From assembly GCA_038087875.1 (NCBI GenBank), contig CM075989.1:19346001-19410000 (forward strand): a stretch of DNA of 64,000 nt, in the 5' to 3' direction. The stretch is from Malacoraja senta (lineage: Eukaryota). Below, piece by piece: positions 27,971 to 38,617 of the stretch. The position numbers and the translations under genes were made by a program. Within the stretch, counting starts at the first letter, position 1. Each line of letters begins with the position of its first letter. A model generated the notes under the pieces. The model saw only the letters and a program-made list of their open reading frames with translations, was not told where the DNA came from and did not search any database.

Positions 27971-29520
27971 CAGTGCATTCCGAAAGTATTCAGACCCCTT
28001 CACTTTTTCCACATCGTTATGTTACAGCCTTATTTTAAAATGGATTAAATTCATTTTTTTAATCATCAATCTACACACAGAATGAAGAAGCAAAAACAGG
28101 TGTCTTGAAATTTTTGCAAAGTAATTGAAAAGAAATAACTGAAATATCACATTTACATAAGTATTCAGACCCTTTCCTATGACACTCAAAATTGAGCTTA
28201 GGTTCATCCTTTTTCCATTGATTATCCTTGAGATGTTTCTACAACTTGATTGGAGTCCACCAGTGGTGAATTCATTGATTGGACATGATTTGGAAAGGCA
28301 CACACCTGTCTATACAAGGTCCCACAGTTGACAGTGCATGTCAGAGCAAAAAAACAAGCCATGAAGACAAAGGAATTGTCCGTAGACCTCTGAGAGAGGA
28401 TTGTGTCGAGACACAGATCTGGGAAAGGGTATAAAACAATTTCTGCACCATTGCAGGTCCCACAGAGCACAGTGGCCTCCGTCACTCTTAAATGGAAGAA
28501 CTTGAGATCCACCAGGTCTCTTCATAGAGCCGGCCGCCTGGCCAAACTGAGCAATCGGGGGAGAGCTCGAGTTCCTCTGTGGAGATGGGAGAACCTTCCA
28601 GAAGGGCAACTATATCTGCAGCAGCACCAATCAGGCCTTTATGGTAGAGTGGCCAGAGAGAAGCCACTTCTCAGTAAAAGGCACATGACAGCCCGCTTGG
28701 AGTTTGCCAAAAGGCAACCAAAGGAGATTCTCTGGTCTGATGAAACCAAGATTGAACTCTTCGGCCTGAATGCCAAGCATCACGCCTGTAGGAAACCAAG
28801 CGCCGCTCATCACCTGGCCAATACCATACCTACGGTGATTCATGGTGGTGGCAGCATCATGCTGTTGGGATGTTTTTCAGCGGTAGGAACTGGGAGACTA
28901 GTCAGGATCGAGGGAAAGATGAACGGAGCAAAGTACAGAGAGATCCTTGATGAAAACCTGCTCCAGAGCGTTCCGGACCTCAAACTGGGGCGGAGGTTCC
29001 ACTTCCAACAAGACAACGACTCTAAGCACACAGCCAAGACAACACAGGAGTGGCTTTGTGACAAGTCTGTGAATGTCCTTGAGTGGCCCAGCCAGAGCCC
29101 GGACTTGAACCCGATAGAACATCTCTGGAGGGACCTGAAAATAGCTGTGCATCGATGCTCCCCATCCAACCTGACAGCTTGAGAGGATCTGCAGAGAAGA
29201 ATGGGAGAAATTACCCAAATACAGGTGTGCCAAGCTTGTAGCGTCATACCCAAGAAGACTTGAGGCTGTAATCACTGCCAAAGGTGCCTTAACAACATAC
29301 TGAGTAAAGGGTCTGAATACTTATGTAAATGTGATATTTCAGTTATTTCTTTTCAATTACTTTGCAAAAATGTTCTAATCACCTGTTTTCGCTTCTTCAT
29401 TCTGGGGTATTGTGTGTAGATTGATGATAAAACTAATGAATTTAATCCATTTAGAAAAAGGCTGTAACGTAACAAAATGTGGAAAAAGTGAAGGAGTCTG
29501 AATACTTTCTGAATGGACTG
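27971..29520 (+). mobile_element. Full-length Tc1-family DNA transposon, IR/DR-type TIRs, TA target duplication
   Basis: TA|CAGTGCATTCCGAAAGTATTCAGAC ... GTCTGAATACTTTCTGAATGGACTG|TA; ~200-bp TIRs with the inner direct repeat AAGTATTCAGACCC (~28159; inverse ~29309-29322). Confidence 0.96.
28361..29303 (+). pseudogene. Tc1 transposase (DD34E), inactivated
   Basis: ATG 28361 MKTKELSVDL then TGA 28391; ILWSDETKIELFG, FQQDNDSKH, WPSQSPDLNPIE with 34 residues between D and E; deletions in the DNA-binding region and a frameshift near 29178. Confidence 0.93.
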
Positions 29521-30189
29521 TATATCAGGTACATGATCGAACCATGGCATTACCATACTTATCTTGGCCAGAGGCAGTCTGTACAGTGCCCCACCTTTCA
29601 ATTTTTTCCAAAACAAGTGCAGTCCTCCTATAAAACTGCACTAAACTCCCTGTGAATGAATATGCCATAACTCTGTAGATTAAACCTTAATGCAGCGCCA
29701 TGTAAAATATTTTGATATATTTAAAAATATATTTTAATATGGTTATATTCCACAAAGTAAAAATTACTAAAAGTACAGAATCAAAGGGTAGCACCTGAAC
29801 CCCCCCCCCCCCCATCTCAATTAGACACAGACTGGGATCAGCAGGAGTGAGGTTTCACATACTGTACATGTCTGAAAGTTATTTTTTTTTTTAAGGTACC
29901 TCTTTATTTAAAAAGTAAACATTAAAGGTTGGTTGTTAACTGAGTTATGTAAAGGTACTCTACAAACCACAGACTCTTGAATGGAATCTTAGAAGCTCCT
30001 GCTCAACTTTCTAAAAAAAAAACGAAGAAACTACAAACATTTCTGTCTGCTGAAGTTCCCAACTCTGCTCCCCCTGCTCGCCACCACCCTTCCTGTTTTT
30101 CTTTTTTTTTTAATGAAAATGTTTTCCATGCCTTTAGTTCCCCACTATGCTCTCAATCTTTCCCTTCCACCATCTTCTTAGCTACTACA

Positions 30190-31316
30190 ACCTTCTCCCC
30201 TTGACGATGTGAGGTGCTCTCGGTATTGTTGTACTTGGTACAGGTGGGACCAATACACTGATCCTCTGTGTTACAGTCATCCAAACCATCTTCGATTTCA
30301 TCTGAAGATCTAAGATGACCAATAGGCCACAACACACAAGTCTGCAGATAATGAGAGGAAATGTGCCCACCACTGCCCTTGTCCCCTGATAGCCAACTTT
30401 GTGTGAGGCTGCATCAAGTTGTGCATAGTGTCAAACAGTGCATCATCACATCCACTGTGCTGCAACGGATGGGCCTGACCTCATCACCGTGCAATGTTTC
30501 ATTCAGTGGACCTTGCAACACTAGCTGGCTTCATGGCAAAGTTCTTTCAGGAAACATCTTTGACCACAACACTATCAGGCACAGTAGCCAGTGCGGAGGG
30601 TCCTGCAAGCTTTGAAGAAAGAAACAATAAATTCTGTGTAAGGTTTCCCAAGCAGATACCAAAATGCCTCATCACCAGTATAAGCACATTGCTTGGTTGA
30701 CTGTGAGAAAGTCCTCACTGCCAGATCTTCCTGCATGAGTGGATTCTCATTCCCAATGTACATTGCCCTAGAGATGGTTGTGATGAGGATGAGATGTTTT
30801 CCCATTTCTTTATGGACTGTAGCTTTGCAAAGAAAGGACACAAGCATCCTTGTCGAAGTTCATCCCAAGCAGTTTTGTAACAAAGGACTGAGCTCTGGGA
30901 TGATCCCAGAGATTCACACCAAGACGAATGTCTAGTTCTGCTGCAAGATCTGAAAAATGCACTCTGGTCTGCCCTAAACCTGTTGGTCTTCCAGTACCAA
31001 TGTGATATCCATGAGGTAATACTGCCGCCCAGCACATTCCAGGCTGCAGGATCACATGCTAAGGGTTGCATTGAAACTTGGTGCAACAAACATAAATGCT
31101 TTTGTGACGAAGGCTGCAGTTCAAGGTCTTGCTGCCTCCGAATATTGAGGGACAGGGTTCCATGTAAAATCATCTTATAGTTTATATCATTTGAAGATGT
31201 TGCATGAATGGCAATGGTGTCACTTACGTATAACATGCTAATATTTCTAATGTATCGACCCAATTACACAGTGAATGTAAAGAAAGTCTTGCACTGTGTT
31301 TTGTATTTCTTATATA
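30190..31316 (+). mobile_element. Degenerate Tx1/L1-like ORF2 C-terminal region and 3' UTR
   Basis: Zinc-knuckle remnant CPRDGCDEDEMFSHFFMDCSFAKK (~30766-30837); homologous to the better-preserved copy at 55886-56496. Confidence 0.65.
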
Positions 31317-31528
31317 TCTATATAATTAAAAGTCTCATCTTGACCACTTCCTGTTTGCACTGTGCTTTGATTTTAGAAAAAACGCTACCACATATGGCTG
31401 CGATTTTTTGGCCATCTTACTCAGAGTCCTCGTGCAGGCCCCGAGGATTTTTCCCATCACTGAAAAATAAAAGACTTTAGTGTTTAAAAAATCTTGAGAT
31501 TCTCTCTCCTGTCAATCACCACCATGAA

Positions 31529-31610
31529 GGCCACGCCCCTTCTGGTGGGAGGGGGAGGGACTATAAAACCCGGAAGTGTGGGGGTGGCTCAGTCTGTCTG
31601 CAAGATGGCG
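31529..31610 (+). promoter_or_regulatory. Pol II core-promoter-like cassette inside the Helitron
   Basis: GGCCACGCCCC (Sp/KLF, 31529), TATAAAA (31562), CCGGAAGTG (ETS, 31570), Inr TCAGTCT with A at 31591 (TATA at -29), CAAGATGGCG (YY1, 31601). Confidence 0.6.
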
Positions 31611-31714
31611 AGGGAGAGGTCACAACTCTGTCTGAGCTGGGAAACTACAGAACATTGTAGTTGTATTCAAGTACATTGTATGCAATGTACTTGAATAAAT
31701 GATTTGTTAGCCCT

Positions 31715-32200
31715 AAATGGAAATGAAATGAGTTGTTTGGCCTGCCCTGTGCTTGAAAGTGCAATGGCAATGGAAATGAAGTGAAAATGCAATCGGCTGT
31801 TTGGCTTGAGCCTGCCTGTGCTTGAAAGTGCAATGGAAATGAAGTGTAAATACAATGAGTTGTTTGGCGTGAGCCTGCCCTGTGCTTGAAAGTGCAATGG
31901 AAGTAAAGTGAAAATGCAATGAGCTGTTTGGCTTGGGCCTGCCCTGTGCTTGAAACTGCATTGGCAATGGAAATTAAGTAAAAATGCAATCAGCTGCTTG
32001 GCTTGAGCATGCCCTGTGCTTGAAAGTGCAATGGAAATTAAGTGAAAATGCAATCGGCTGTTTGGCGTGGCCTGCCCTGTGCTTGAAAGTGCAATGGCAA
32101 TGGAAGTGAAATGAAAATGCAATGAGCTATTCGGCCTGCCCTGTGCTTGAAACTGCAATGCAATTGGAAATTAAATGAAATGAGTTGTTTGGCCTGCCTG
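31715..32200. repeat. Minisatellite, ~63-70-bp unit, ~7-8 copies (Helitron-internal)
   Basis: Recurrent CCTGCCCTGTGCTTGAAAGTGCAATGG...GAAAATGCAAT...TGTTTGGC. Confidence 0.95.
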
Positions 32201-32638
32201 AAACCACTAATTTCGGCCCACAAGGCCCCTATTAGCCGCGTAACCAGTCCCTTTTGCCAAAATGCCCGTATTAGCCCAGGAGGAGCATCTTGGCCCAAAA
32301 GGCCCGTGCCAGGCCAGGAAAAGTCCAGAAAAAGTGCCTTTCACTGAGATTTCACGCAGATTTTTTTAGAGCCCCTTCGGCCCATCAGGCCTGTACTAGC
32401 CCAGGAGTCCCTTCAGCCCATCAGTAAGAATTCTCCCTGCAAGTATTAAACCTCACCCCAGTATTTTCTCCCTCCCTTCATTTGTTCCCTGTGCAATCCA
32501 GGCCAGGATAGACTTTCCTCCTTCATTGCTGTGATCTGCAGAAAAAGATAAAAAAAATTCTAAAATTGATTCTCCACACTCTCCCCCTTCTCTCTCAGAA
32601 TCTCTCACCTGTTTTGGGCAGAATTTCTGGCAGTTTCT

Positions 32639-32817
32639 GAGCTGTCAGCCCCACCAGGCCTGAGTGACTGAACTGCCAGTCCACCAGGCCTGAGTGACTG
32701 AGCTGCCAGCTCACCAGGCTTGAGTGACTGAGCTGCCAGCCCACCAGGCCTGAGTGACTGCCAGCCCACCAGGCCTGAGTGACTGAGCTGCCAGCCCAGC
32801 AGGCCTGAGTGACTGAG
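32639..32817. repeat. Minisatellite, 30-bp unit, ~6 copies (Helitron-internal)
   Basis: GAGCTGCCAGCCCACCAGGCCTGAGTGACT repeated. Confidence 0.95.
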
Positions 32818-33676
32818 AATCTCCCCCAGCCCAAGAATCCATTCAGCCCACAATGTCCATACTAGCCCTCCAGAAACCAGTCCCTTTGGCCCACAACACC
32901 CATGCTAGCGCTCCAGGAAAGCCCACTGGCCAGCAATATTGGAATTGGTGGAGAGGTGGAATATTGCGTTGGGGGACCAGCCCTCCCGTGTGAACATGGG
33001 ATCCAATGGGTCCCACTTAGTCTAGTTTAAGAATAAAAACTTGAAACTTATGTAAAGTCTGGCCTCCAGCTCATCTTTGACTTCCATATTTTCATGTCAC
33101 GCACTGAAATCAGACACAAACTGAATGGTGAATATCATCAAGTATCCACAGAAGACTTGACTAAAGATAAATTCAAATTAACTCATTACGTTTGGAAGAT
33201 TAATAAATTTATTGCAAAAGAATTATTCCGCAGTAGTTAAATATCTCCTTTACCACATCTCCAATCATAGAAAGGAATCTCTACTTTAATGTCATAGTAA
33301 ATTTTCTTTGATGTCTTCAAATGATACTTTTATTTTGCTATCTGCAAGGAGATAAAGACCCAGAATTTATCACAGAAATAACTCTTGGCTTTCAGCACTT
33401 AACTTAATTATGGAGTTGATCTTATAGTAACTTTGTGGCGGTCCCTGGGGGGTAAGCCACTCCTTTGATCATCCCCCTCGCCGAGTGAAGGACAGGGGAC
33501 TGGTCTGCCACGGGGTTTCCAGTCGACCCTGGATTTAGTGCTCTCGAGGTGTGTGTGTGGGGTGCTCTCGTTGTAAGCATTAAAGTCTGCTAATTGAACC
33601 CGTCTGGCGTCTGGCCTTTTACTGACCTCGTTCAGGCCGCTACACTGGTGACCCACGCCGTCCATCACGCGTCGTG

Positions 33677-33856
33677 ATGGATAATAACGCCGTTGCGTTG
33701 AAGCTCCCTACTATGTGGACCGAAGAAGCTGACACTTGGTTCCAGCAGGCAGAGGCACAGTTTGCTTTGAGAGGAATTACGGTAGATGAGACAAAATATT
33801 TATTATGTGATTGGGGCGCTGACCAAGCAACCGCAAGGAGAATTATTACGCCCTAG
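33677..33856 (+). pseudogene. Gag N-terminal stub
   Basis: MDNNAVALKLPTMWTEEADTWFQQAEAQFALRGITVDETKY matches the KLPxFW...WFxQxEAQF gag motif of Mag-like Gypsy elements; followed by a frameshift and deletion. Confidence 0.8.
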
Positions 33857-33867
33857 CAGCCGCTCAG

Positions 33868-35331
33868 TTGGTCGACGAGGAGATGTCCGCTTATCGTACG
33901 GCAGTTTCGGGCCTGCAGTTGGAGGACGTTGTCTGTGGTCCTAGGGGTGCAACGCTGCTGTACGATGTCTCCTCTGGGGTTCCGCAACCCATTGTCCCCA
34001 TCGCCTGGCGGCGCAGGGTGTTTGAGGTGCTCCATGGGCTTGCGCATCCCTCCATCCGGGCTATAACGGCCCTGGTGGCCTCCCGTTTCATGTGGCACGG
34101 ACTGCGGAAGGAGGTTGGACACTGGGCGCGCACCTGCATCTCGTGCCAGACCGCCAAGGTGCAACGACACGTGCGCGCGCCGTTGCAGGAGTTCCCCATT
34201 CCAAGGCAGCGTTTCGACCACATTCACGTGGACATCGTGGGGCCGCTGCCGTCGTCCCAGGGCATGACCTACCTATTCACCGTTGTGGACCGCTTCACGC
34301 GGTGGCCTGAAGCCATCCCGCTACCGAATTCGGCAACGACTACTTGCGCTCGAGCCTTGGTGGCGCATTGGATCGCCAGGTTCGGAGTGCAACTGGACAT
34401 AACTTCCGACCGGGGGCCTCAGTTCACGTCGGAGCTGTGGGCGGCCATGGCACGTCTCCTGGGTGTTCGTCTGCACCACACGACGGCGTACCACCTGCAG
34501 GCGAATGGCTTGGTGGAGCGGTTTCACCGTCAACTTAAGGACGCCCTGAAGGCACGGCTCAAGGATCCGGACTGGGTGGACGCTCTGCCGTGGGTTTTGC
34601 TGGGGATCCGCACCGCACCCAAAGAGGACTTAGCCTCCTCCTCCGCCGAGTTGGTATATGGGTCTCCGTTGACGGTGCCCGGGGAATTCATCCCGTCGGC
34701 ACGTGGTAAGGCGGAGCAGCCTTCGGACGCTCTACAACGTCTTCGGCACACGGTGGGCAAGTTGGCGCCGGTGCCAACGTCTCGTCATGGGTCTTTCCGT
34801 CCCCATGTTCCGCCTGCCCTGGTGGACTGCCAGTTCGTTTTTCTGCGCAGGGATGCGCATCGGACACCTCTCCAGCGGCCGTACGAGGGTCCCTTTCGGG
34901 TACTGGAACATGGCTCATCCTCTTTCGTCCTGGACATGGGGGGTCGGCATGAGACTGTTTCAGTTGCGCGGTTGAAGCCAGCACATATTGATATCGATCA
35001 GCCGGTGTTGGTAGCGCGGCCTCGTAAGCGAGGGCGGCCTCTGTCTAGGGTACCTCCTCTGATAACTCGGTCCCATGCACCTGTTGGTCAGTTGCCTGTT
35101 CCGGGGCAGGGCATGGTGTGTACCCGCGCTGGTCGCCGTGTACGGCCTCCTGTCCGTTTCGTGTCTCGGGTACTTGGGGTGGGGGTCATGTGGCGGTCCC
35201 TGGGGGGTAAGCCACTCCTTGGATCATCCCCCTCGCCGAGTGAAGGACAGGGGACTGGTCTGCCACGGGGTTTCCAGTCGACCCTGGATTTAGTGCTCTC
35301 GAGGTGTGTGTGTGGGGTGCTCTCGTTGTAA
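33868..35331 (+). CDS. Gypsy integrase, open ORF (487 aa; first ATG at 33883)
   Basis: HHCC (HGLAH...CISC), D,D(35)E core (HVDIVGP, ITSDRGPQF, NGLVERFHR), GPY/F motif PYEGPFRV; the ORF reads on into the 3' LTR. Confidence 0.9.
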   Translation: MVDEEMSAYRTAVSGLQLEDVVCGPRGATLLYDVSSGVPQPIVPIAWRRRVFEVLHGLAHPSIRAITALVASRFMWHGLRKEVGHWARTCISCQTAKVQRHVRAPLQEFPIPRQRFDHIHVDIVGPLPSSQGMTYLFTVVDRFTRWPEAIPLPNSATTTCARALVAHWIARFGVQLDITSDRGPQFTSELWAAMARLLGVRLHHTTAYHLQANGLVERFHRQLKDALKARLKDPDWVDALPWVLLGIRTAPKEDLASSSAELVYGSPLTVPGEFIPSARGKAEQPSDALQRLRHTVGKLAPVPTSRHGSFRPHVPPALVDCQFVFLRRDAHRTPLQRPYEGPFRVLEHGSSSFVLDMGGRHETVSVARLKPAHIDIDQPVLVARPRKRGRPLSRVPPLITRSHAPVGQLPVPGQGMVCTRAGRRVRPPVRFVSRVLGVGVMWRSLGGKPLLGSSPSPSEGQGTGLPRGFQSTLDLVLSRCVCGVLSL

Positions 35332-35350
35332 GCATTAAAGTCTGCTAATT

Positions 35351-35944
35351 TTTTTTTTTTTTTTTAATAATTTTTTTAATAGAAGTACGGTAGATTACAG
35401 TAATGTACAACACGTATATATTAATACATTTTTTGTACCGCTTCACTTTTTTAAACTTTAAGAAAGAAAAAGAAAGAAGTAAGAAAAGTGAAGAAAGTGC
35501 GCAAAGGTTGTGAAGTGCAAAAGAGTGTTGGGAAAAGAAAGCCCCTTAGAAAAGAAGTTAGAGAAGGAAGTAAAGTTAGAAAATAGACCCTAGAAAAGAA
35601 AGAGAAAGAAAGAAGGAACAATCGCTCTATTATAACTCTTATAACATACTTCATAGAGAAGGAACTACCAACCAAGTCTGTTTTTGTTTTACCTCCCATT
35701 ACCAGGTCCAGATACCTTTTATTTATTTATTTGTTTTTCTAAATTACTATTGCACCTCATGCTTGTAATAGGTCCAAAAACGTAGACCACGTCTTTTGAA
35801 ATTGGTCTACTTTGCCTACTAGGAGGAATCTCATCTCTTCCAGATGTAATGTTTCCAACATATTTGATGTCCACATTTTTATTGTTGGTGTGGGCGCATT
35901 TTTCCAGAATTTAAGTATAAGCTTTTTTCCCATTATTAGCCCAT
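35351..35944 (-). mobile_element. 5'-truncated L1-clade LINE inserted in the Gypsy 3' LTR
   Basis: Poly(A) tail (T-run at ~35349-35365); ORF2 end GLIMGKKLILKFWKNAPTPTIKMW...LHLEEMRF...FQKTWSTFLDLLQA*; 13-bp TSD AAGTCTGCTAATT (35338-35350, 35945-35957). Confidence 0.9.
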
Positions 35945-36644
35945 AAGTCTGCTAATTGAACCCGTCTGGCGTCTGGCCTTTTACTGACCTCGTTCAGGCC
36001 GCTACAACTTCATGCGCGATTCAACGCAGAACAACCAAACTTGTATGTTATAATTATTGTCAAACAATATGTTTACACTCAAAGTATCAGATTCAATTAA
36101 ATTTGAATTATCATTGGTGAAAAATATGATTTTCTTTTCTATTCTCATCTTTTTATCATTTTATTCTGTATCTGTTGATGATTTAGCATTGATATTGTAA
36201 TTTATACTTCCTTGTTTAAAGAAGGCTCAATGATGATTCCTCAACCGAATTGGTTGAAATAACAACTTTTGTTCAGTCACTGTCCCAGATCTCCTGCAGA
36301 GGGCGCAGTGTTGCCCGATAATCACTTATAGCCCATGAAAAGTCTGTGGGCAAGTTGCAAGCAGAATGTTTGTTCACCACAGACTCCAAAATCCCAAACA
36401 TATGCCTGCTGACACATCAAATCCTGGACCCTTAAACAACTGACGTTGGCTCTATAAATACAAATAGTCAGGCCTAAGGTCAGCTGTTCATGCTTTCAAA
36501 TATATGGGAAGCAGTCGCAGGTGGTGGCAACTATAGTAAGAACGACTGTTAAAGGGCAAGAAATGCATGTGTTTCGGGGGAAGCAGCCTTGGGAGCAAGG
36601 TTCCTGTCCATCTTTTTAAATAGAATCACATAACTTTTTTTCAT

Positions 36645-37055
36645 ATGAAGACACAGCATGGAAACAGGTGCTTCAGCCCATCGAGTCCACGCCAACCATT
36701 GATCACCCATTCGTACTAGTTCTATGTTATCCTACTTTCTCATCCGCTGTGTACACGCTAGAAAGCAATTTAGTCTGAAGAAGGGTCTCCACCCAAAAAG
36801 TCACCCATCCCTTCTCTCCAGAGATGCTGCCTGTCCTGCTGAGTTAATCCAGCTTTGTGTCCAAGCAATTTACAGAGGCCAGTTAACCTACAAACCCACA
36901 TGCCTTTGGGATGTGGGAGGAAACTGGAGCACCCAGAGAAAAGCCTCATGGTCACAGGGAGAATGTGCAAATTCCACAATGATAAAACCCTAGGTCAGGA
37001 TCAAACCTGGGTCTCTGGTGCTGTGAGGCAGCAACTCCAGTATCTGTGGCACTGT
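36645..37055 (-). mobile_element. V-domain SINE interrupted by a Penelope-derived fragment (36772-36860, +)
   Basis: SINE halves match the 20285-20580 copy; the insert begins AGTCTGAAGAAGGGTCTCCACCC. Confidence 0.75.
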
Positions 37056-38601
37056 ACAGTTGGAAAAGAATAGAAGGCAGAAATTCATTCCATCAAATTG
37101 AATCTTTGTAAGAGTAAGCAAATTAATTCTATTAGTAAATCATTCCCTACAGCTCTACATTTATTTCTCTCATATGATCCTTATTCAAAAAATATGATTT
37201 TTAAAAACCAGTTTCAATATTTCAGTCAGTAAATTCCAACCATACCTAACCACGATATATTGAGGTTTCCTTTTTTAGATCTGTAATAACATTAAAGCTT
37301 ATTCCTAACTATTCCAAGAATCAGCTTAAAGGACTAATGCAGGGCAATATTTCAGATAAATATAATCCAGTAACATCAGGTAATGGATTCACATAATGCA
37401 GGTTTTGTAGTCATATGGTTTACACTATTCAAAAATACTCCAGGAAATTTCCCACTCTTTACAGTAATCCTGCCAAGTGCTGTAACGTTCTTTACCGTTA
37501 ACAAAGAAGCATCCTTTGTTCAATCCAATTTCCCCAGAACTTTAACTCGTTGGATGTGAACTCCACATAATTTTTAGATCTTGTAACTGAGACTCTCAAC
37601 TCCTTCTCTGATAAAAATCATAATCCACACTTTGGCAATCAGTGAAAATTACAGTGCAGAGTGCTCTGCACCTGTGTCTGCTCTCAGTGAGAATCACTTT
37701 TGAATAAATTGTCACAGATAGTTGAGGTCTGAGGTGAAAACAAAAAATGCCTTTGATGTAAAGTATGTCGTTAAGAGAAATTTTATTTCACTTGACGGGC
37801 TATTTATTTTAAATTCCTTCACTTCCTTTAGAAATTCAATGTCCCCCAGTTGATATTAGCTGTACTTTTGCCAACAAATGGCATTACAGAGAGGTGTACT
37901 CAGTTGGAACTGAAATCTAAAACTATTGACATAGGGACCTTTAAAACGAAAGAGTGAATCGTCAATCCTGTTGATACGAAAGGAAATTGGGTGGGACACA
38001 AACGATGAAAACTTTGCACAGGCAATACTTCGAGTTAAAGGAAGCCTGTTAGTGCAGGCAGTCAGTGGTGATGCAAGAAACGGGGAAACTATGGCTTACT
38101 TCAATATATAGTTCATAAACCAACAGGAGGGTGCTATTTAAACTGGTTTACTTTTGTTCAACACAGGCGATCACTGCTGATGACAGTCCACCAGATTGTC
38201 TGACACGTCGCCAATATACATCACAGTTATTTTGAGTGACCAAACACTGAATAACTAAAAAAAACAAGCTGGAGAAGTTTGCTTTCCATTCATACCAATT
38301 CCTTCCTGAACTTCTGATGGCCACAAAAAACTATTGAATGACACACTTGAATGCTTTGACAGTATTGAATGTATGAGAAGTTTTTGCACGGATTTTTTGT
38401 TTTATATTCGTAATAAAAAGTTTATTTTTTTAAATAAAACACATTTCCTTGTAATTCCTCCCCTCTTGATTACAAACTTTACATCCAATACAGGCGCATT
38501 TAAAACTCAGTGAGCAGTTTACAGCTCTCAGCCCGTCGCCCAGTGAGAAGTTTGGAATAATGTTGTGGATGGAATCAATAGGTGAGGGAAATGCTGCTTA
38601 C

Positions 38602-38617
38602 CTCGGTCTGACTTCAT
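38602..38617 (-). CDS. Coding part of the candidate first exon of an unidentified minus-strand gene (MKSDR+G)
   Basis: GCCGACC-ATG (A at -3) AAG TCA GAC CGA G|GTAAGC consensus donor at the edge of the CpG island. Confidence 0.6.

Larger units (their letters stand above)
31317..33025 (+). mobile_element. Non-autonomous Helitron
   Basis: 5' end A|TCTATATAATTAAAAG; 3' hairpin TGGGATCC-AAT-GGGTCCCA (32997-33015) followed by CTAG|T; AT target with no TSD; internal tandem arrays; no RepHel coding sequence. Confidence 0.85.
33434..36006 (+). mobile_element. Gypsy/Ty3 LTR retrotransposon, internally deleted, very young
   Basis: 5' LTR 33434-33644 (TG...CA, 211 bp); PBS-like TGGTGACCC at 33646; PPT-like GGGGTGGGGG before the 3' LTR at 35189; 3' LTR ends at 36006; 4-bp TSD ACTT; one visible mismatch between LTRs. 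Confidence 0.96.

Noticed and set aside
31645..32158. Repetitive minus-strand ORFs (84-163 aa)
   Set aside because: Translations of the Helitron-internal minisatellite; no evidence of coding function
31715..32817. Regularly spaced repeats superficially like a CRISPR array
   Set aside because: Units are contiguous with no unique spacers, there are no cas genes, and the context is eukaryotic
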